Source: an uncultured delta proteobacterium (lineage in GTDB: Bacteria > Desulfobacterota > Binatia > UBA9968). From it: a DNA stretch of 64,000 nucleotides. The position numbers were made by a program, and so were the translations under genes. Below are positions 39,501 to 51,900 of the stretch, in pieces (the stretch's first letter is position 1; each line of letters opens with the position of its first letter). The stretch is from positions 1 to 64,000 of the forward strand of contig CAVYTU010000018.1 in NCBI GenBank assembly GCA_963771465.1, given 5' to 3'. The notes beneath the pieces are model-generated. The model was not told the DNA's origin and did not search any database. It saw only the letters and a list, made by a program, of their open reading frames with translations.

Positions 39501-42500
39501 ATGGAAAAGGCGACGTGTAACACTATCCAGTGCGACGAATTGCTTGAAGCTAAAGCAGCGGTCGCCGAGAACTCGCTTGAAACGACGATCCTCGCGTCCG
39601 GTCGAGAACGGCGGGTCACCGACGCGGAGACCTTCGGTTCGTCGTGTTCGGCAAATCCCCAGACGAGCGCGCGAGTCGAATCCTACGGCCTGTCTCCAAT
39701 CCAAAAAGGGATGCTGTTTCATCATCTCGATGCGCGCGATTCAGGCGTCGACGTCGAGCAAGTCATCTGTGCTCTCGATGAAGCGCTACACAAAGAAGCG
39801 TTTGGCAGCGCTTGGCAAGGCGTAATCAATCGCCATGCGATTCTGCGGACGTGCTTTCGCTGGCAAGCTGGCGAAGCCCAGCAAGACGTTCACGATAGTG
39901 CCACGATTGAGTTGGAAGAAATTGACTGGTTAGGAGTGCGGTCGGAGGAACAGGATGAGCGTTGGTCTCGATTGCTCGTAACTGATCGACGGCGCGGCTT
40001 CGACTTGTCCGTAATGCCGTTGATGCGCCTCACACTCATCGCGCTGGCGCCAAATCGCTTTCGAGTACTCTGGACGTTTCATCACATACTGCTTGATGGT
40101 CGCTCTTTCCCGATCATTCTCCGCGAAGTCTTCGATGCCTATTCGGCCATTCGTGAGGGCAAACGGATCTCACTCTCTGAACCGAAGCCCTATCGCGAAT
40201 ACATCGACTGGCTAAGTCAACAAGACTTTGCGCGCTCGGAGGAATATTGGCGCGAAGCATTAAGAGGGTTTCGCACGCCTGTCGAGATCAGTTTGCCGAA
40301 CACACCAGAGGACCCGGCCGAAATTAGAGGGGCAAAGGACTTCCGTGAGCTGCGCTTTTCGCGCGCGTTAACGGATAAACTGAGAGCTTTCGCCAAAAAA
40401 CATCAACTCACGCTAAACACGCTCCTCCAGGGTGCCTGGGCTTTGCTGCTGCATCATTACAGCGGCGAAGAGGATATCGTTTTTGGCGCTACTCGAGCGT
40501 GTCGTCGTTCTGCTCTCGAAGGCGCCGACGACAGGGTCGGCCTATTTATCAATACTCTCCCGATGCGGGTTTGCGTGAGTTCTGACGGAATGCTTGCCGA
40601 TTTGTTTCACGCGTTACGTGAACAACAAACCTCTATGCGGGATTACGAGCATACGCCTTTGTCCCAGGTCCAGCGTTGGAGCGAGGTGCCACGCGGAAGA
40701 CAGTTGTTTGAGAGCATCATCGTATTCGAAAACTATCATCTGGATACGTTGTTGCGGGCCCAGGGCGGCGAATGGCTGAACCGGCATTTCGACTATTTCG
40801 GACAGACCAACTATCCGTTGACGGTGATCGCTTACGCCGATCCTGAATTTTTGCTGCGCATCGAATACGATTGCAGGCGTTTCAACGGCGGTTCGATTAC
40901 CAGAATGGCCGGTCATTTAGCTAACCTACTGGAAGGGTTGTGCGGCGAAGGCATGCAGCGCGTTCACGACGTGCCGCTGGCAACGCGTGAAGAACAAGAG
41001 CAGTTGCTCGAAGCTCCGATGAGTGATTCGATTAATGCCGCGAGCGATACGTGTCTGCACCAACTTTTCGAAGCGCAAGTCGAGAAGACGCCGCATGCGG
41101 TAGCAGTCGTGTGCCAAGGGAAATCCCTCACGTATGGGGAGTTGAACCGAGAGGCGGAGAAGATCGCTTATCGGCTGCGACGATCGGGCGTGGGGCCGGA
41201 GGTTCTCGTCGGACTGTGCGTTGATCGCTCCGTGGAGCTGGTGATCGGTATTGTCGGTATCCTCAAAGCCGGCGGCGCGTATCTGCCGCTCGATCCGAGT
41301 TACCCTAAAGAGCGGCTTGCGTTCATGCTCGACGACGCCAGTGTTTCGGTCCTGCTCACGCAAGCCCATCTGACCGGTTGTTTACCCGATCATCAGGCCG
41401 CCGTCATCCATTTTGATCATGACGACGAAACAACTTGCCCCGAGCCATTATCGGCGGAAACCGAACTTGCCGGCGTAAACCCCGACAATCTTGCCTACGT
41501 GATCTACACTTCGGGTTCCACGGGCAAGCCCAAGGGCGTGCTGATTACCCACCGCAACGTCGCGCGCCTGTTCCCAGCGACTGCGCCTTGGTTTGGATTT
41601 GACCCTAGCGACGTCTGGACGCTGTTCCACTCCTACGCGTTCGATTTTTCCGTCTGGGAGATGTGGGGTGCGCTATTGCACGGCGGACGATTGGTCATCG
41701 TGCCCCATGACGTGAGCCGTTCGCCGGAAGAGTTCGCCGCTCTCATCGCAAGAGAGCAGGTAACCGTTCTTAACCAGACGCCTTCAGCCTTCCGTCAACT
41801 GTTGCCGTACCTGGCCGCCTCCATTGAGCCCGACGCATTATCCCTGCGCTACGTGATTTTCGGCGGCGAAGCGTTGGATGTCAAAACGTTAAAGCCTTGG
41901 TTTGACCGTTATGGTGAAAGAACGCCACGGCTCGTCAACATGTATGGGATCACCGAAACCACCGTGCATGTTACTTACCGACCGATCACTCGAGCCGATC
42001 TGGATGGCCACGTTGGCAGCGTGATCGGCAGCCCGATACCGGATCTGGGGCTTTATCTACTCAATTCACATCGCCAGCCTGTTCCCGTCGGCGTTGCCGG
42101 CGAGATTTACGTCGGCGGAGCCGGAGTTGCGCGCGGCTACCTTCAGCGACCGGAACTGACGGCAGAGCGATTTATCGTCGATCCATTCAGCCGTGATGCG
42201 CAGGCTAGGCTTTATCGAACCGGTGATCGCGCTCGGCGATTGCCCAACGGCGATCTCGAATATCTTGGCAGAATCGATCAGCAAGTTAAAATTCGCGGCT
42301 TTCGCATTGAGCTCGGTGAGATCGAGTCGGAACTTAGTCGGCATCCTGCGGTAAAACAAACTGTCGTCGTTGCCAGGGAAGACCTACCCGGAGACAAGCG
42401 TTTGGTGGCTTACTTTGTCGCGGATCGAGATCTGGACCTGGCCGATCTTCGCGCCGGTCTCTGCGCTCAGCTTCCGGCGCACATGGTGCCCGCCGCCTTT

Positions 42501-45500
42501 GTAAGAATGGCGACTTTGCCGCTCACGAGCAACGGTAAAATCGATCGCGCCGCCCTGCCAAAACCGGATCGAGGTCGGTGCGAGCTTGGCCGGCGCCGCG
42601 CCGCACCTCGGTCCATCGAGGAAGAAAAGCTCTGGCAAATCTGGAGCGGGGTTCTCGGCATTGACGACCTTGGAATCGAGGACAACTTCTTCGAGCTCGG
42701 CGGCGATTCGATCTTGGCCATCCAAGTGATCAGTAAGGCTCGACAGATGGGATTGCAACTTGCGCCCAAAGATTTATTTCAGCATCCAACGATTGCCGAT
42801 TTGGCTGCCGTGCCGGCTACAAGCTCGCCAACGAAAGCCAACGAAGGTGTTACCGTCGGACGAGTTGATCTCACACCGATTCAGCGCTGGTTCTTTGAGC
42901 AGAATCTCGCGGAAATGCATCACTGGAATCAGGCCTTCCTGTTTGAAACCGTGCAACCGTTGGCTGCCGACGTTTTAGAGGATGCGCTGAATGAAGTCGT
43001 GCGCCACCACGACGTATTTCGTCTCGGCTTCACGCGCTGCGGGACGACTTGGGAACAAGCCTATGGGGACGAACAACGGCCGTTTTCCCTTTTGCGTATC
43101 GACCTGTCGATGGTCGCTGAGTCCGAGCAGGAAAACGAGATCGAATCGAGCGCTGCCAAACTTCAGGGATCTCTAGATCTTGCGTCGGGCAAGCTTGTCC
43201 GCGCCGCCTACTTCGATCTCGGCGAACATCGCTCTCCAAGGCTACTATGGATCGTGCATCATCTGATCGTCGACGGCGTCTCGTGGCGCATTCTGCTTGA
43301 GGATCTCGAAACCGCGTACGTGAAATTCCTTGCTAAGCAGCCGGTCTTGTTGCCGGCCAGAACGAGCTCCTACCAGACCTGGGCTGCGACGTTGAACAAA
43401 TACGCAGAGAGGCCTGAGGCGCAGGACGAGCTCAATTACTGGAGCCGGGTACTGGACGGTCCGACGACGGAATTGCCGTGCGATTCGGCGGCGGATTCGA
43501 TGAATTTAGAAAACCGCGCCGAAACCGTTACGGTGCGGCTCAGCCGCGCGGAAACGCGCGCGCTCCTTCAGCAGGTTCCGGCTGCCCAACATGCAGAAAT
43601 CAACGATATTTTGTTGGCCGCGCTTGCCGACTGTTTGAAAACCTGGACGAGAGCCGATTCGTTGCTGGTGGATTTAGAAGGGCATGGTCGAACTGAGATC
43701 GCTGAAAATATCGACGTATCCCGTACCGTCGGTTGGTTTACGACTATTCATCCGCTGCGACTCGATCTGTGTCGGGGCGCGACGCTGGCCGAGAGGGTCA
43801 AAACTACCAGAGACCGCCTTCGTGCTGTTCCCGATAAGGGTTTAGGTTTCGGTATTCTGCGCTACGGAATTGCCAACCCGCAAGCGCGCGCCGCGCTCGC
43901 TGCGTTAGCTCAGCCGGAGATTTCGTTCAATTACCTCGGTCAATTCGACCAAGTGGTCGCCGGTTCTTCGTTGTTTCGGTTCGCCAAAGAATCCTGCGGT
44001 CCTTGGCATAGCCCTTTGGCGCAGCGACGCTATCTTCTGGAAATACTTTCGCTGGTTGCCAACGGCTGCTTCGAAGTCCGGTGGATATTCAACTCCAATC
44101 GACACCGACGAACTACCATCGAAGCCCTTGCGCAAGGATATCTGACGGCGCTGCGTTCGCTGATCAGCGATCGTGCCACGGTTCATCCGGTCGAGGTCGT
44201 TCCAGCCGACTTCCCGCTCGCGCTATTAGATCAGCCAACGCTCGATCGCGTGGCGCGCGATTATCCCAATCTCGAGGATGTCTACCCGCTGTCCTCGATG
44301 CAAAAACTATTTCTCTCGATGGATGCGGTGGGCTCGAAACTAGGACTCGAACAATGGCATTACCAACTGTGCGGCCGGCTCAACATTGACGCTTTCAAAT
44401 GCGCGTGGCAGCGAGTGATTCAGCGTCACCCGATTTTGCGCAGCGCATTTCTCGCGGATGGATTGAGCGAACCGTTGCAGGTGGTGTCACGCCACGTCGA
44501 GCTGTCGTGGGATAACCTCGATTGGCGAACACAACCCGCCGAGGAACAGAAACTGCGCTGGCAAAGCTTGCTCCAGTCTGACCGCCATCGCGGCTTCGAC
44601 CTGCACCGAGCGCCGCTGCTGCGCCTCATACTTATCCGGACTACAGACGACATCTATGATTTCCTTTGGACCACCCATCATATGCTGATCGATGGCTGGT
44701 CATGGCCGGTGCTCTTCAGCGAGCTGGCGCAATTCTACGAAGAGGCTTGCGTCGGGCGGGAAGCGGAGATCGAACCACCTTGCCCGTACCGTAATTACAT
44801 CGCTTGGTTGGGACAGTGCGACGCCAAAAAGGCCGAAGCGTTTTGGCGCGGCGAGCTCAAAGGCATCAATGCTCCGACCCGTATCGGCCTCGATGGTCGG
44901 CGCGATGAATTATCGTCCCGCGCAGACGAGTTTGGCGATGCGAGCATCCATTTGTCGAGCGAAACCACTTTGGCACTGCAGACGCTTGGCCGCTGCGAAC
45001 ACTTAACTCTCAACACCTTGATGCAAGGCGCTTGGGCCTTGCTTCTCAGCCGATATAGCGGACAGCGGGATATTCTTTTCGGCGCTGCTTGTTCCGGTCG
45101 CTCGGCCGAAATTACGGGAATCCACGCCATGGTCGGCCCGTGCGTCAACGACCTCCCGGTCCGAGTGCAAATTGTGCCGCGTTCGACGCTGGGCGGTTGG
45201 TTGAGAAATTTTCAGGCAAGACAATTCGCCGCCAGCGAATTCCAATACAGCTCGGTAATCGAAGTTCATGGGTGGAGCGAAGTTCCGATGCGTCAGCAGC
45301 TGTTCGAGAGTTTGCTCGTGTTTCAAAACTATGCGACGGGTAGCGCCTGCCAACAGCTCGGCCCCGAGATCCAAATCCGCATGGTAGCGGCTCCGGAAAC
45401 GACAAACTATCCGTTGACGTTGACAATCGTGCCCGGAAACCAATTGGGCGTGAAAATTCTTTACCGGGCGGACCGATTCTCCAGCGTGTCTATTCGATCC

Positions 45501-45989
45501 GTTGTGCAAGATCTCCAACGCTTGATCGAAGCGATGGTTCGTAACCCGCAACGGACGACTGCCGAAATTCTCGCCGACTTGCCACCGCTCCAGCACCGAG
45601 GGCCAGAGGAGCTTGCCGCGGCCACGAACATTCATACCGCCGTCCGTATGCTGAGCTCGGCCGGCCCGGCGCCGCAAACGAATTCAGAAAAAATCGTATC
45701 GGCCATTTGGCGTGGTCTCTTCGAGGTGCCTCAGGTCAATCTTGACAGCAATTTTTTTGACCTGGGCGGTCATTCCTTGCTGCTCGTCGAAATGCACAAA
45801 CAACTGGAAAATTCACTCGGTCGCCGCTTGCCGATTGTACAATTATTTCAGCATGCGACGGTGCGCTCGTTGGCTCGCTACCTGACTGCCGAGTCGCCGC
45901 GGAAAACGAATCTCGAGGAGTACCGCAATCGTGCACAACGCCAGCAACGCGCCTTGCCCCAGCGGTCGCGTGCGGGACGGAAAAACTGA
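39501..45989 (+). CDS. NRPS C-A(Thr)-PCP-E-C-PCP
   Basis: HHILLDG; YTSGSTGKPKG, DFSVWE, NMYGITETTVH; GGDSI; HHLIVDGVSW, EGHGR, FNYLGQ; HHMLIDG; GGHSL. Confidence 0.95.
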   Translation: MEKATCNTIQCDELLEAKAAVAENSLETTILASGRERRVTDAETFGSSCSANPQTSARVESYGLSPIQKGMLFHHLDARDSGVDVEQVICALDEALHKEAFGSAWQGVINRHAILRTCFRWQAGEAQQDVHDSATIELEEIDWLGVRSEEQDERWSRLLVTDRRRGFDLSVMPLMRLTLIALAPNRFRVLWTFHHILLDGRSFPIILREVFDAYSAIREGKRISLSEPKPYREYIDWLSQQDFARSEEYWREALRGFRTPVEISLPNTPEDPAEIRGAKDFRELRFSRALTDKLRAFAKKHQLTLNTLLQGAWALLLHHYSGEEDIVFGATRACRRSALEGADDRVGLFINTLPMRVCVSSDGMLADLFHALREQQTSMRDYEHTPLSQVQRWSEVPRGRQLFESIIVFENYHLDTLLRAQGGEWLNRHFDYFGQTNYPLTVIAYADPEFLLRIEYDCRRFNGGSITRMAGHLANLLEGLCGEGMQRVHDVPLATREEQEQLLEAPMSDSINAASDTCLHQLFEAQVEKTPHAVAVVCQGKSLTYGELNREAEKIAYRLRRSGVGPEVLVGLCVDRSVELVIGIVGILKAGGAYLPLDPSYPKERLAFMLDDASVSVLLTQAHLTGCLPDHQAAVIHFDHDDETTCPEPLSAETELAGVNPDNLAYVIYTSGSTGKPKGVLITHRNVARLFPATAPWFGFDPSDVWTLFHSYAFDFSVWEMWGALLHGGRLVIVPHDVSRSPEEFAALIAREQVTVLNQTPSAFRQLLPYLAASIEPDALSLRYVIFGGEALDVKTLKPWFDRYGERTPRLVNMYGITETTVHVTYRPITRADLDGHVGSVIGSPIPDLGLYLLNSHRQPVPVGVAGEIYVGGAGVARGYLQRPELTAERFIVDPFSRDAQARLYRTGDRARRLPNGDLEYLGRIDQQVKIRGFRIELGEIESELSRHPAVKQTVVVAREDLPGDKRLVAYFVADRDLDLADLRAGLCAQLPAHMVPAAFVRMATLPLTSNGKIDRAALPKPDRGRCELGRRRAAPRSIEEEKLWQIWSGVLGIDDLGIEDNFFELGGDSILAIQVISKARQMGLQLAPKDLFQHPTIADLAAVPATSSPTKANEGVTVGRVDLTPIQRWFFEQNLAEMHHWNQAFLFETVQPLAADVLEDALNEVVRHHDVFRLGFTRCGTTWEQAYGDEQRPFSLLRIDLSMVAESEQENEIESSAAKLQGSLDLASGKLVRAAYFDLGEHRSPRLLWIVHHLIVDGVSWRILLEDLETAYVKFLAKQPVLLPARTSSYQTWAATLNKYAERPEAQDELNYWSRVLDGPTTELPCDSAADSMNLENRAETVTVRLSRAETRALLQQVPAAQHAEINDILLAALADCLKTWTRADSLLVDLEGHGRTEIAENIDVSRTVGWFTTIHPLRLDLCRGATLAERVKTTRDRLRAVPDKGLGFGILRYGIANPQARAALAALAQPEISFNYLGQFDQVVAGSSLFRFAKESCGPWHSPLAQRRYLLEILSLVANGCFEVRWIFNSNRHRRTTIEALAQGYLTALRSLISDRATVHPVEVVPADFPLALLDQPTLDRVARDYPNLEDVYPLSSMQKLFLSMDAVGSKLGLEQWHYQLCGRLNIDAFKCAWQRVIQRHPILRSAFLADGLSEPLQVVSRHVELSWDNLDWRTQPAEEQKLRWQSLLQSDRHRGFDLHRAPLLRLILIRTTDDIYDFLWTTHHMLIDGWSWPVLFSELAQFYEEACVGREAEIEPPCPYRNYIAWLGQCDAKKAEAFWRGELKGINAPTRIGLDGRRDELSSRADEFGDASIHLSSETTLALQTLGRCEHLTLNTLMQGAWALLLSRYSGQRDILFGAACSGRSAEITGIHAMVGPCVNDLPVRVQIVPRSTLGGWLRNFQARQFAASEFQYSSVIEVHGWSEVPMRQQLFESLLVFQNYATGSACQQLGPEIQIRMVAAPETTNYPLTLTIVPGNQLGVKILYRADRFSSVSIRSVVQDLQRLIEAMVRNPQRTTAEILADLPPLQHRGPEELAAATNIHTAVRMLSSAGPAPQTNSEKIVSAIWRGLFEVPQVNLDSNFFDLGGHSLLLVEMHKQLENSLGRRLPIVQLFQHATVRSLARYLTAESPRKTNLEEYRNRAQRQQRALPQRSRAGRKN

Positions 45990-45991
45990 TC

Positions 45992-48900
45992 ATGTCCCAT
46001 AGCGAGCACTACGATCCAAAGGCCGGCATCGCCATCGTCGGCATGGCCGGACGTTTTCCCGGCGCGAACAACATCGACGAGTTTTGGCGAAATCTCGTCG
46101 CTGGGGTGGAGAGCATCTCGCATTTTACCGAAGCCGAGTTGGAGTTCTCGCCGCTGGAAGATGCCGGCCTGCGCAGGGATTCAAATTATGTGAAGGCGCG
46201 CGGCACGATCGACAATGCCGACTTATTCGACGCCGCGTTTTTCGGTATCAATCCGCGCGAGGCGGAAACGATGGATCCGCAACAACGAGTGTTTCTCGAG
46301 ACCGCTTGGGTGGCGCTCGAACACGCCGGTTACGACGCACGAATGTTTAAAGGCCTGATCGGCATTTTCGCGGGCATGAGCAACAACAGTTACTTTCCAT
46401 TACTGACGGCGGCGGGCGGAGTCGATAGAGCGGCATCCCTGCAAGCCATGCTAGGAAACGAAAAAGATTATCTTACGACGCGAGTGTCCTATCATCTTAA
46501 CCTGCGCGGACCGAGCATTAGCGTGCAAACCGCATGCTCGAGCTCGCTGGTGGCGGTTTACCAGGCGTTTCAGAGCTTGCTCGGCTATCAGTGCGATATG
46601 GCGCTCGCCGGCGGCGTCTCCGTTGTCGTGCCGCAGAAACGCGGTTATCTCCACTATGAAGGCGCAATCACATCTCCGGACGGCCATTGTCGGGCCTTTG
46701 ATGCCGCGGCGCAGGGAACGGTGTTTAGCAACGGCGCCGGCATTGTCGTCCTGAAGCGCCTGCAGGACGCGCTTGACGATGGCGATCAAATCTTCGCGGT
46801 AATCAAGGGCGCGGCGGTAAACAACGATGGCTCCGATCGAGTCAGTTTCGCTGCGCCCAACGTGAACGGCCAAAGCGAAGCGATCGCTATGGCTCAAGCC
46901 TTGGCTGGTTTCGACCCGGAAACGATTTCCTACATTGAAGCTCATGGCACGGCAACGCCCCTCGGCGATCCGATTGAAATAGCCGGACTGACGCAGGCGT
47001 TTCGTCTCGGCACGGACGGCAACGGATTTTGCGCCATCGGGTCGGTGAAGACCAATATCGGACATCTCGACGTCGCCGCCGGTGTGGCGGGATTGATCAA
47101 GACCGCGCTGGCGCTCAAGCACAAGAAGATTCCGGCAAGCCTGCACTACAAAAGTCCCAATCCGAAAATTGACTTCGCCAACACGCCCTTTTACGTCAAT
47201 GCCGAGTTGAGCGATTGGCCGGCAGGAACAACGCCCCGCCGGGCCGGCGTCAGCTCATTCGGCTCCGGCGGCACCAACGCCCATGTGCTTCTCGAAGAAG
47301 CGCCGGCGCTGGAACCTTCCGCCGCGGCGCGATCGGCGGAGTTGATCGTGCTTTCTGCGAAGACCGCAGAAGCGCTCGATCGGACAACGAAAGATTTGGC
47401 AGAACACTTGGCGAACCATCCCGAGCTCAACTTGGGTGATGTCGCGCACACGCTGCACTGCGGTCGGTCGGCGTTTGCCCATCGACGTATGGTCGTCTGT
47501 CGCGATCTTGCTGACGGCGCGGATGCTCTTCGCAGCATGAACCCCAAGCGCGTCGTCACGAACCATAACGAACACAAAGCGCCGTCCATCGCTTTCATGT
47601 TTCCCGGCCAAGGCGCTCAGTACGTCAACATGGGCCGCGGACTCTATGAAGAAAGTTCCTTTTTCCGCAACCAAGTGGCCGAGTGCGCCGAATCGCTCGC
47701 CGCCAAGTTAGGGCTGGACATCCGGACGGTTTTGTATCCAGCAGCCGCTCACCGAGAGCGCGCGGAAGAGCTCCTGTCGCAAGCTTCAATCACACAGCCG
47801 GCGCTGTTCGTCGTCGAGTATGCGCTCGCCAGGTTGTGGATCGAGTGGGGTATTGAGCCGAGTTTCGTGGTTGGCCACAGCTTGGGCGAGTACGTCGCGG
47901 CGTGCCTAGCTGGGGTGTTCTCGCGCGACGATGCATTGAACTTGGTCGTTGAGCGCGCTCGTCTTGTGCAGTCGCTTCCCAGCGGCTCCATGCTCGCGAT
48001 CCGTTTATCCGCTTCTGAAGTTGAACGGAGCTTGAGCAAAGAGCTTTCGATCGCAGCGATCAACAGCCCGACGCTGACCGTCGTTTCCGGGCTCGTCGAA
48101 GCCATTCAAACGTTAGAGAATGAGCTAACAACCGAGAAGATTCCCTGCCGCCGTCTCGTGACATCCCACGCGTTTCACTCGGCGATGCTCGATCCCATCC
48201 TGCCGCCTTTTCGAGAAATCGTGCGCGGCATTCGCCTTGGCGAGCCGCGCTTACCCTGGGTTTCCACGCTGACCGGCGCCATCATCACCGTCGCGGAGGC
48301 GATGGATCCGGAATACTGGGTGAGACAGTTGCGCGAGCCGGTTCACTTCGCCGACAGCGTTGGCGTTCTGCTCAAGGATGAAGTCCACGCTTTGCTCGAA
48401 GTAGGGCCGGGTCAAGGGTTGGCCACGCTCGCACGCCAACACCCGAGCAAACGCCCAGACCAAGAAATTTTCCTCTCTTTACTATCCAGTCAGACTGCCG
48501 GCGGGGATTTAGACGGCATGCTCAATTCATTGGGTCGTTTGTGGTTGGCGGGCGCGGAAGTTGATGGGTCGCGGATGGACGATGAAAAACGACGTCTGCG
48601 CGTAGCCTTGCCCAGCTATCCATTCGACCGCAAGCGCTTCTGGCCGTCGGTGCGAAGGCTTGCCGGTGACGAAAAGAATCCGCCGCCGGAAGCGAGGAAT
48701 GGAAAAATTTCATTACCTGTGGTTGCCCCGCCCGCTGCAGCGATGATCGCAGAGCCGAATGATGTAAGCGCGTTTCACGACTTGAACGGGGTAGCGCCGA
48801 CACGCTGTCACCGCGAGGACGTCTTGGAGCGGCTGCAAACGCTTTTTAGCGAGATCTCGGGCATCGCCGCTGAAGATCTGCTGCCACACGCTTCGTTTCT

Positions 48901-51900
48901 GGAACTCGGGCTCGATTCGCTCCTGCTGACGCAAGCAAGCGCTGCGCTACTCAAGCGCTTCGGCGTGAAAGTGTCGTTCCGCCAGCTCCTCGAGGAATTG
49001 TCGAGCTTGGAAACCTTGGCCGACCATCTCGCAGCTTCTATCCCACAAAGCGAGGAAATGCACAAACGCGTCGCTCGGCCACCGGTCTGCAACCAGCGGG
49101 AAATGAACGACCAACCTTCGGTTGTCGGAAGCCCAGCCGTGTTCGGCGCGCTCCCGGCGGATCTGTTTAGCTTGGCACAGATAGCCAACTCTGACGGCAC
49201 GGCGCTCGAGCGAATCTTCGCCAGGCAATTGGATCTGATGCAGCAACAACTCGATATGCTAAAGACGAGCGGCGGTGTAAATCCAGGCGGCAATATAGCT
49301 GTCAACTCTGCGCCGAAAGCTTCGTCGAGCAAGATCGAACCGATTGCGACATTAGCCGCGGCAGGGGAAGTCGGAAGGAGACCTATCGGGGAAAAAGGTT
49401 TTGGACCGTACAAACCGATCCAGACGGGCAAACAGCATCAACTGACCGAGCGCCAGCAGCAATATCTAAACGACTTCATCGCACGCTACACGACGCTCAC
49501 GCGCAAATCGAAGATACTTACCGCTGAGCACCGGGCTCATCTCGCCGATCCGCGCACGGTTGCGGGATTCCGCTCGACGTGGAAGGAGCTTATCTATCCG
49601 GTCGTGACCGAACGTTCCGCCGGCTCGAAACTTTGGGACGTGGACGGCAACGAATACATCGATTTGACCAATGGTTTCGGCGCGATTCTCTTTGGTCACG
49701 GGCCGGAGTTCGTGACGACGGCGCTTCAAGAGCAAATCAAAAAGGGTATGGAGATCGGTCCGCAATCGCCGCTCGCGGGTGAAGTTGCGGCGCTACTCTG
49801 TGAGCTCACCGGCATGGAGCGGGCAGCGTTCTGCAATACCGGCTCGGAGGCCGTGCTGGCGGCGCTACGTATTGCTCGCACGGTAACCGGGCGCGATAAG
49901 ATCGCCATGTTCACCGGTGATTACCATGGCATTTTTGATGAGGTGGTCGTGCGCGCGGTCGGCGGCACAAAGTCGCGTCCAGCGGCGCCCGGCATACCGT
50001 CGAGCATGGCCGAAAACGTCATCGTGCTCGAGTACGGTGATCCGGCGTCCTTGCCAATTCTACGCGACCACGCTCATGAGTTGGCGGCGGTCATCGTCGA
50101 GCCGGTGCAAAGTCGCCGACTGGACCTGCAACCGAAGGAATTCTTGCGGGAGCTTCGTGAGCTCACGGCACGAGCGGGAACAGCGCTGATTTTCGACGAA
50201 ATCGTCACCGGTTTTCGCTCGCATCTCGGTGGCGCGCAGGCGATCTTCGACGTGCGCGCGGATATCGCGACCTACGGCAAGGTCATCGGCGGCGGACTGC
50301 CGATCGGTATCGTCGCCGGCAAAGCGGAGTTCATGGACGCCCTCGACGGCGGCCCATGGATGTTTGGCGACGACTCGGCGCCCGAAGTCGGAATGACGTT
50401 TTTTGCCGGAACGTTTATGCGTCACCCGCTGGCACTCGCCGCGACCAAAGCGTGCCTGACGCACCTCAAAGAGAAGAGCCCGGAGCTGCAGGAACGATTA
50501 AGTCACCGAACCAAAAACTTGGTCGACGGCCTGCTCGCACACGCCAAGGAACTTCAGATACCGGTACGCATCACGCACTTTAGCTCTTTGTTCGCCTTCG
50601 AATTTCCACCCGAGCTCCCTTTGGCGAGTCTCTTTTATCCGATGATGCGCGCGCGCGGGATTCACATCTGGGAAGGCCGCCTCGGCATACTCACTACGGC
50701 GCATACGGATCAGGATATCGATCGCATCCTCGTCGCTTTCAGAGATTGCCTGGCGGAAATGCAGCACGCCGAATTCTTGCCGATAGCTGCAGTCGGGGAG
50801 AACAGCGATGATCGAGCGGACGCGGACGAGGATGGCGCCGATTCGGTCATCGCGGCCACCGACGGCCAGCGCGAAATTTGGCTCGCCGCGCAAATGAGCG
50901 ACGATGCGTCTCGGGCGTTTACCGACTGCTTGACCGTGGAGTTGCGTGGACCGCTGCAAATCGTCGCGCTGAACCGCGCCATTCAGGAGCTAGTAACGCG
51001 CCATGATTCGTTGCGGATGACCTTCAGCGACGACGGCGAATCCCTGTGGGTGACGCCGCAAGTCGAGATCGATCTACCCGTAATCGATCTCGGCCCCGTC
51101 AACCTGGAAGAACGATCGCAGCGATTGGCGCAGATCGTAACCGAGCAGCGCACGAAAACATTCGACTTGAGCCGAGAATTCATGTTGCGCAGCGTCGTCT
51201 TACGAATGGCGGCCGACCATCACGTATTGGTTATGACGACTCACCATGCCGCCGTCGATGGTTGGTCTTTCGGCGTGTTGTTGGCGGAGCTTGGCAGACT
51301 TTATTCGGCAAAGTGTCGCAGTGAGGTATCCGCGCTACCGTCGGCTCCGCAATTCGCCACGTATGCCCGCCGCGAGATCGCAGCACGGCGATCTGAAGAG
51401 TGGAACGCAACGGAAAAATTTTGGCTCGATCAATTCACGACTCTGCCGCCGCCGCTGGAGCTGCCACTCGATCGACCACGGGCCAATGTGAAGAGTTACC
51501 TGGCCCGGCGACGCCACGTCGTTTTGCCGAGCGCGCGCGGCCGGGAGCTACGCCGGTTCGCGGCGCAACATGGTGCCACACTGTTCTCGACTTTGCTGGC
51601 CGCCTTCAACGTTCTGCTCCACCGTCTGAGCGGTCAGGATGACATCGTTGTCGGAATCTCCGTGGCAGGACAGTTGGCCGGCGATACGCCGGACCTGGTC
51701 GGCCACTGCGTGAATTTCCTGCCGTTGCGCCATCGAATCGATGCCAACCGGAGCTTTACAACCTATCTTTCGGCGGTAAAGAGTTTGGTTTTAGACGCCC
51801 ACGATCATCAAAGCTATACCTACGGCAGTTTGTTGCGGAAGCTCAAGCTACCGCGCGACGGCGGCCGCGCGCCGCTGATGTCGGCGAGCTTCAATTTGGA

